The notes below the pieces were generated by a model that worked only from the letters and a program-made list of their open reading frames with translations, searched no databases and was not told the origin of the DNA. Both the position numbers and the translations under genes were made by a program. Source: Camelus dromedarius (lineage: Eukaryota). Taken from it: a stretch of DNA of 64,000 nt. The stretch's first letter is position 1. Every line of letters begins with the position of its first letter. Positions 56,520-64,000 of this stretch are shown in pieces. The stretch spans positions 98,272,001 through 98,336,000 of the forward strand of contig NC_087472.1 of assembly GCF_036321535.1 (NCBI RefSeq), written 5' to 3'.

Positions 56520-59500
56520 AAAGTCTCCTTGTATGATATGAGGATCCAAGCTTGCTATTTTCTGTTCCAGTGGTCCTTAAGCAGATACATGCACCAGAAT
56601 CACTTGACTAGGGGAGGGGGCATTCATCTTCAAAATACATCTGATCCTGGCCCCTTGCTGGATGCAGGGCTGGAACCCTCTGAGGATGGAGTATAGACAT
56701 ATTCATGTTTACGTGCTCCCTAGGCTTCGATAGGACCTCCCTTAGGGCCATGTGGCATTTGGATAATCTGCAAGCCCTTCTGCTACTTTTATTCTTTTTT
56801 ATCCCTTTTATCTGCCTAGAAGTGCTGGATAAAATAAGGCAAGCATCCTTTTAAACACACAGTTAGGATGGTAAGGGAAATACTTAAGGGCCAAAATCAG
56901 AGCCAGACTTACAGTTCCACATGGCAAACGGCTGCTGATACTTTATTTCCCTTAGAAGAGGAAGAGACTATTCCCATCTTTGTAACCAAGTACTCCTATC
57001 TTTCGGCTTGGGTTTTAACAGCTTTTGGGGTTCAGAGAAAAAGCTCTGGGCATAGACAAGTTGAGGAATTGGAACTAAGAACCTTGTACAACCTGTGACC
57101 CTGTTTGGGCTACAGTGGGGTAGAAAGCAAATCCATCCATCAGCTGAGGTAGAAAACAAAGCTTGTCTGCCTTTGTCTGAACTTTGGAAAAAAAAGTGTG
57201 TGTGTGTGTGTGTATGTGTATATTATTTAACATATACACATACATATACACATATATACAAAATCTCCACGGGAATTAAAAACCACCACCTTTCCTCAGG
57301 TGCTTTTCAGTCTGAATTTACAATACCCGTGTGGTTTGGCAACCCCGAGCTGAGAAATTAAGTATAAGAAATGGCCCTAGGCTAGGACACTTTCAGGGCT
57401 CTTGGCAAAAGCAAATGGAGGACTTCTGAGGGACACACTCTTTCTTAAGCCAGACCAAACTGTGGTTGTAGGTGGGGGCGGGGGTGGCAGAGGAGTAATT
57501 TAAGTAGAGCCTAGGTGCTCCTGGGGTGCAGAGTGGCTGAAGCCAGGGTGGACAGCCTGATCTCAAGACAGTCACCTCACTCCCTGCAGACCCTCATAGC
57601 TGACAGACACTGCCTTCTCCAAGTGGGTTCAAGGTGTACCCCTGACCTGAGAATTCACTTAGTGGAACAAGAGTAAACAGGTGACTATTTCACCATCCTG
57701 TCTCCAGCATGTAATACAGTTAGTGCCTTGCACGAGGGCTTGTATACAGGGAATCCTCCTTTTTGTGAACTTTAGAGCTGACCCAGATTAGGGGCTGGCC
57801 TTCAACCATTACCCGTAGATATCACGAGGCCGAGTAGTCAGTCCCTCCATGGGAATATGACTCATAGGCCAAAATAACCAGATATCTGAAGAAGATAGAT
57901 ACCTCAAAAGAAAAACAAAAAACTGGAAGCCACGTACTAATTTTAGTAGGAACTAAGAGATTTAAACAAATATGAGAGGCCTTCCCCTTCTGGTTAGGTG
58001 GGTGTAGAAAGTTGTAAGAGATTGTTGTTCTCATTCTATCAGGTGATTCTGATGTCACCACTCATTGAAAACGGCTACTCTGTTCCAATAAGCTGTATAA
58101 CCTCGGTAAATGTACACAGACTGAACTTGACAAGAATGGTGATCTATGGTGATGTTGTTTACCTGCTTGTGCTTACGTTTTATTCAATGCCATGTAATTT
58201 TATTTTGAAACTGCTTAATTAGTGGTTAGTTGGAGGAGATGTAAAGGTGGATACAACACTGACAGAATGATTTATTACTTTGTGGTTCATTGGAAGACCA
58301 GATTGTTCAAACACATGTGAAATTTTCCCTCATCTCTTGTCGTGGAGATGTAGCCCCAAATTATAATCAGTGTGCCAGCACTGTAGTACTGCAACCAGCT
58401 TTATAAGAAGAGCCAGGCAAATTTTAATTTATTTAGCACTACTTGCTGTGTTTTTTTTTTTAACAAATTTTATTTGCCTATTCTACCACTCATCTTCTGG
58501 GTTCAGTAGTGGGGCACGCCATCTTTCACTTTCAAGTCTTCACCATGCTTTTGCTTTGTCCCGCTGCACTCTTCCTTTTCCTTCCCCGCCCTCTGTCTTC
58601 CTGTCCCCAGTCACTCCAGGGTATCCACCTCTCCCAGCCATCAGTGTAAATGTCACCTCCTGCAGGACTGACTTGTTCCTTGTATTGCTAAAGCTTCAGC
58701 ACTTGATTTCATCAGAACCTTTAGCACAAGACATGGTTTTTTCTTATTTAATTGACCATCTTCCCTGATAGGTTATGACCTTCACAAGGTTGGAAACCAT
58801 GACTCTATTTCACCATTCTGGCCCCAGAACATAAAGTAGTTAATGCCTTGCTTATAGGCAGTACTCATTTTGTTTTTATGTAATGAATGTATGTTTGAGC
58901 AAGGACAAACAACCGAGAATACAATTTGGTTTGAGGATCCGCTTAAACTAATGTATTTTGTAGTCTATTATACAGGCACATCCAAAAGACTCATGGCAAT
59001 GAAATGTGTGCATAGCCTTTGCATTTTTCAAAGTCCTCTCCGTTGTTTATTTTCATTACACAAATCTCCCCTTTGTTAGACTTTTGTCATCCACAGACTA
59101 CACTGCAAGACAGCCTACAGGTGACCGTAGGAATTTGAAGAGAGACTTTACCCTGTGGCTATAATAAAAAAGACAGAACAGGGCTGCTAATGTTTGCAAC
59201 AATTCAAGGGATGCCGCTGGAATAGTGATCAGCTCTTGTGGCTGACTGGATGCCAAGGGACGAAGGCATCTCCCCCAGGAGGGAGTAGTAGGCTCTGCCT
59301 CTGTAAGAGACACTGCTCCAAGTTATTTGTTTACAGCCATGAGACTAATTTTTAATCGATGCATTTCTGGGTGAAGAGACCCAGATGTTACGTGCTAATT
59401 TCCCTTTTTAGAGTGTGTCAATATATGCAATCTGGCTTGAGGGCTGGGAGAGTCCATCAGTCACACCTGACTAGCTGCTCTGCATGAAATACGAACAGTA

Positions 59501-61284
59501 AATGTTTTGTCTCTGGAATTTGAGGAAAATTTCATTAAAGACAGGAGCCATTCCTAGTCCCCAATAAAGAGCAGACAAGAAGGCCGATTAAGGATTTGAA
59601 AGTGACTGACTGGAGGGTGGTGTGGGGTGGGAGGGCCGGAGTGTGCATGGAGGGGATGGGAAAAGTCATGGAAGAGACCCAAATTTTCCAGGGTCCCAGC
59701 ATATGGATTTGTTTACTTTGAGAGGTAATTGCCAGCTGAGGCCCCTGTTCTTGCAGCTCATTTCAAATTCTGATGATAGAGAAATTATTCCTTTTTCTGA
59801 TGATGAGAAATCCGATCCAAGTTACAGAGGCTTAGAAATGTCTCTGCTAGTAATTTGCTAGATTTAAGGATATAGGATTTCACAATTAGATTCTCATTTA
59901 AGAAAAACCATCTTGCTTATTTAGAGAATTAGTCTTTTATTAGTGAAAATGGATTTGCTTCTGAGGCCTAAACTACTTGGACTCATTTCAGGCAAATGTT
60001 TTCGAAGAGCTGAGTTCTTAAATTGAAAGAGAAACATAAGCCAGCATAATAACATATTTAATGAACTGCACGAATGCCTTGGAAAATTCCCGTCCTGGCA
60101 AAACAGTAGAACAGAAATCACAACTGAAGGTGCCAAATAGCTTCCATTTCCCTCAGAGGCCCAAATCATTCTAGGTCACAGTATATACTCGTGCATTTAT
60201 TGATTTTTTTATTTTCTGAATTTCTTACATAAAAATGTGGTCCAATTTTTCTGGCTAACTTAAGGGCCTGATTGGCAACACTGAATTGATTGTTTCTCAA
60301 ATAAGATCAGTAATCCGTTTGGGAAGTGTGTGTATTTGTGTGTGTGTTTGGCAGTGATGGCAGATGGTTATGAAGAGACTTTGGAAACTTTACCTTACAT
60401 GCTGGAGCAGGGATGTGAACTCTAGATTGTATGCTTAGCCTCTTCCCATCTTTTGTGTTGTGACCCTTCATCTCCCAATTATTTCAAAAGCTGCCATGAA
60501 CTCTTAGCATAGCTACTTGACAATGGCCCTGGGGACTTCCCCTCTGCCCATTTCCTCCCCCACAGGACAGTGAACCCTCCAAGAGCAGGTGGGAATTGTT
60601 CTGGTGGCGAGAGAGAGGTGCCCTCACCAGGCAGGGCCTGGGTGAGGAGTGACAGCGAGGGCGAGAGGGCTGGAGGGAGGGGACTATTCCAAGATCTGCG
60701 TTACTGGAGGATCACACTTCAGCATGAGGAAATGGCTTCTCAACACTCACATTTCCTAAGTTCTGGAGACATGCCCTGGAAAGTGTACTGACCATGCTGT
60801 TCTGACTCAGCCCCCTAAATATGACTTTCTCCTTGGGGTTCTCTTACTAGCATTCTTAGAGCTCTTGTAAGTGAAGCTAAGCCAGCATAGCTGCTCAGAC
60901 ATCGCCAGGTTCTTGGATTAATGTAGGAAAAGACTTGATGATCAGAGACAGATGAGGGTCATGGATCTCCTCCCCTACAGCCAGGTGGGATATTACTGTA
61001 AAAGCACATCGCAGACCGAATTCTGCCAAACATACAAGTGCTTAGAGCCAGCAGTCCCCAGACAGGCACCCTGGCCTCAAAGGTTTAATCTAGGGTGGAT
61101 TCAGCACCCTTCTGAAGTCAGATGAGCAGGCCTTTTAGTCAGATCAGGCCCCATTGTCCTTTATGAAGGAGTTAAGTAGTTAGATAAGTGGGGGCACTGG
61201 ACAGATGGGTGGAGGAGAGAAAGGATGGTCCGGAAGATGGTATTATGCCTGCCTCCATCATAAAGGGACTCCACTTCTTCTAAA

Positions 61285-61759
61285 TGAGTGGCAGCATAAA
61301 CAAAATACAAAAAGCAACTGGTTAAAACCCAACAGCCATGACTTGGGCGGTAGCAGAAAGGACTTAACCAGACATGACCAATGCTCATTGTATTATAATT
61401 AGCATTGCAGTTTAGGCTCCCGCCACACCCCCCTCCAATGGGTTTTTCTGTGTGCACCATGGTTAAGGACATGCGCAAAGGGGCCAAACATGACTAAGCA
61501 CTCCAGGGACAAGAGCCGTCAATCAATCAATCAATCAATCAAGAGACCACCTCTAAGCAAGGGTATAAGAAAAAGGGGAGACAAAAATCGCTGCTTTTCT
61601 TCCCTTGGGCCAGCCCACCTCCCATTCTTGGGTGTGTATTTTTTCTTTCCTTTTAAATAAATCCTTGAAGTCTTTAGCTACACAACGCACCGTCTCCCAA
61701 CTGCAAACTTGTCTTTCGGGTGTGACAAGAACCGGGGTCTTTACCTTTTGGGGGTAACA
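61285..61759 (+). mobile_element. ERV LTR-like element containing (AATC)n
   Basis: TATAAG at about 61564, AATAAA at about 61655, and GGGGTAACA end. The 5' boundary is uncertain. Confidence 0.55.
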
Positions 61760-62237
61760 AAGGAAGCAGGACACCAGTTTGAACAGAACACTGTGCCTAC
61801 AGGTTAGCCTGCTGGGTACACTGGATTCTTATTTTCTCACTATGCAAGAGCTGTGAGGCTCACGCATTCTTTCCAGCCCATCACATGTCTTGAACATGAC
61901 TCATTTTACCAATGAGACATTATTCCTAACACCCCTTAAGTTAATATAAAAGCCCCAGGGAAGATTCAGATGGCCATGTTGGCATAGCTACCCTGGAATG
62001 TGGATGACAGATTAGAGCCCTTTGGTATTCACTAACTGCCCTTGGGGTGTAGATTAAAGTACATTTTCACTCACAGATCTAACCATTCCTGTGCTCCTCT
62101 CCCCACCGCTAATCTCCATGAATGATATTATAAACATCCTTCATGGAAATAAAATAACTCAATAAAATCCCTGTCACTCAGAGTAAAGCAGTGCACAAGG
62201 TTATTAAGCCATTGTTTCTCAATTTCAAACTCTTCCT

Positions 62238-62801
62238 TGTGATGCTGGGGCGGGGGTTCTGCAAACATTTCCACTTTGCCAGCTGTCCCTGTTAGGCTCT
62301 GCCTGTGGGGTCACTGGAGACAGACTGCAAAGCTGGAAGACGGAGGAGGGACTGTTCCTTCCGTGTCTGGCATCAGCTGGTGACTACACTTCACTTTATC
62401 AGTAGCAATGGCTTCCAGCACCAATTGGTTCCACTTTCCAGGCTGTTTATAGCCCTCCTAGAGCCAGCTCGTCATGCTCTCCTCAGCTCCACGAGGCTGT
62501 CTTCTCCCGTGTCTAGACCCCAGCACCAGCCAAGTAACTGCCCCCTTGGAGGTCTTGGACCCAGCTCCATGGGGCCCCTCCTCTGAGCTTCGAGGCTCCA
62601 GCACTCTGACTTCTTTCCTGTATTTCCTCAGCCTTGGGGCTGGTACCTACTTCTTGCAGTTACTGTCTTTGTTTTACCTCAGTGTCCCCATCTGGCTTTT
62701 CCAACCCTCCAACACTTGCTTTACTAAACCCGTATATTAAATTTTCCCTGTTAAAATAACTGGCCTGGGTTCTATTTTCATACTGGATGCTGAAAAATAC
62801 A
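62238..62801 (+). mobile_element. LTR33-like ERVL LTR
   Basis: TGTGATGCTGGGG...CTGCAAAC...GCCAGCTG..CCCTGTTAGG; ATTAAA followed by a terminal ATACA. Confidence 0.6.
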
Positions 62802-63061
62802 GTCGGGGTCTAAAAATAAGAACCGAAGCAGAAAGAAAACATATTCTAGGAGCTTTACAAAGAAAATTTCAACCCAAAAGGTTGGCTTAGAAGGAAAGGA
62901 CTAGTAGAATATGATTATCTTTGGATAGCCCAAGATCTAAAATGTCAGTATGGCAGGCCTGTATAAGCTAATCAAAAGATTTTCCAAAATCTAGTTAGCA
63001 CAGTGACCTGCAGCAGATAATGGGGAAGCAGGCACTAAGTGTCTAGGAAGTATAGATAGTG

Positions 63062-63596
63062 TGTTACAGTCTCCAAAGATGGCCCCAGGAATTCCATGCA
63101 CACGCTAGTCTTTACGTCTACGTCAGGTAGAACTTATTTCCCTTCCCTGTGAATCTGAGCTTGCCTTTCAACTGGCTTCATGCTGACATTCTGGGAATTC
63201 TGAGCCCCGTCATTAAGAGAACTGGCAGCTTATGCTTTGTCCTCTGGGGTTGCTTTTCCTGGAGACACTCCCTCTCATAACCCAGGCACTATACTGCGAG
63301 CAGCCTGAGCCACATAGGGAGGCCACAGAAAGGAGACCTGAGGTATGCTGGTAGACAGCCCCAGTTGGGATCCCAGGGGAAGGCCAGCAGTTCCTGCCAG
63401 CCATGTGAGTGAGCCATCTTGAATGTTTCAGACCAGCTGGATCCCCAAATGACTGTGGTCCCACAGGACATCATGTGGAGCAGGAGAACCACCCAGCTGA
63501 GCTCAGTCAACCAAGGGATGGGTGAAAGAGAAAGAAGGGGTTACTTAAATCCCTCAATTTTGGAGCATGTTGTTTACAGCAAAGAGATCCAAAACA
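63062..63596 (+). mobile_element. MLT1-type MaLR LTR
   Basis: CAAAGATGGCCCC start, GCCAGCCATGTGAGTGAGCCATCTTG, CACCCAGCTGAGC and TGTTTACAGCAAAGAGATCCAAAACA end. Confidence 0.7.
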
Positions 63597-64000
63597 GACA
63601 GGAAGTCCAGTTCCTAGATACTGAGAGGCTAAGATCACTGACAGGAAATCACGGTTACTAATGTTGGTCCAACTCACCCCAGCAGGAGTATTTGTACCTC
63701 TACCAAGTGATTCTTTTTAAGATTGTACAGCAGGGTGAAAATTTAATTAGATCATCTGCTACCAGCATTTAGGGAAGGCTCTAAATCCTTTGGGAGGCTG
63801 CTTGGGAGATGGAAGATGGAAGATGAAGCACGTGGACACAGTGAAAGGAGACAACAAAGATACAGGCAAAATCGCCTACATAGAAATGGATAGGAATCCC
63901 TGGAGTGAGTGAAGACAGGAAAGAGGAGAAGGGGAAGTAGAGGGTGAGAAAGCAAGTCAGCGAGTTAGCAAGGACTAGGGTGAGAGTCAGGCTGAGAATG

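Noticed and set aside
52500..64000. Exons of neighbouring genes such as SMPX
   Set aside because: I recognised no coding exon. The region is mostly repeats and unique non-coding DNA, though non-coding exons cannot be excluded.

Overview
This is mammalian genomic DNA, not prokaryotic. It is probably a camelid X chromosome, inferred from five Vic-1-like tRNA-derived SINEs and from MBTPS2/YY2 being X-linked in placentals. The window holds the complete MBTPS2 (site-2 protease) gene on the minus strand. I traced 11 coding exons by hand, all with GT-AG junctions and consistent phase: 1566 nt, 521 aa, with intact HEIGH and LDG motifs and a 28-Ser tract. The last intron (17963-19057) has U12 minor-spliceosome signals. 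Three processed retrocopies lie on the same strand: the intact YY1-derived retrogene YY2 in intron 5 (own CpG/NRF1/ETS promoter, retained YY1-like 3'UTR, poly(A) remnant), a young disabled GCSH copy with TSDs in intron 2, and an RPL26 pseudogene about 3 kb upstream of the promoter. A 64-bp direct repeat flanks exon 2. The rest is mostly L1, L2, LTR, DNA-transposon and SINE sequence, and most short ORFs in the track are spurious. I found no convincing wholly new biological system. Repeat family names and ortholog comparisons come from recall, not from a database search.
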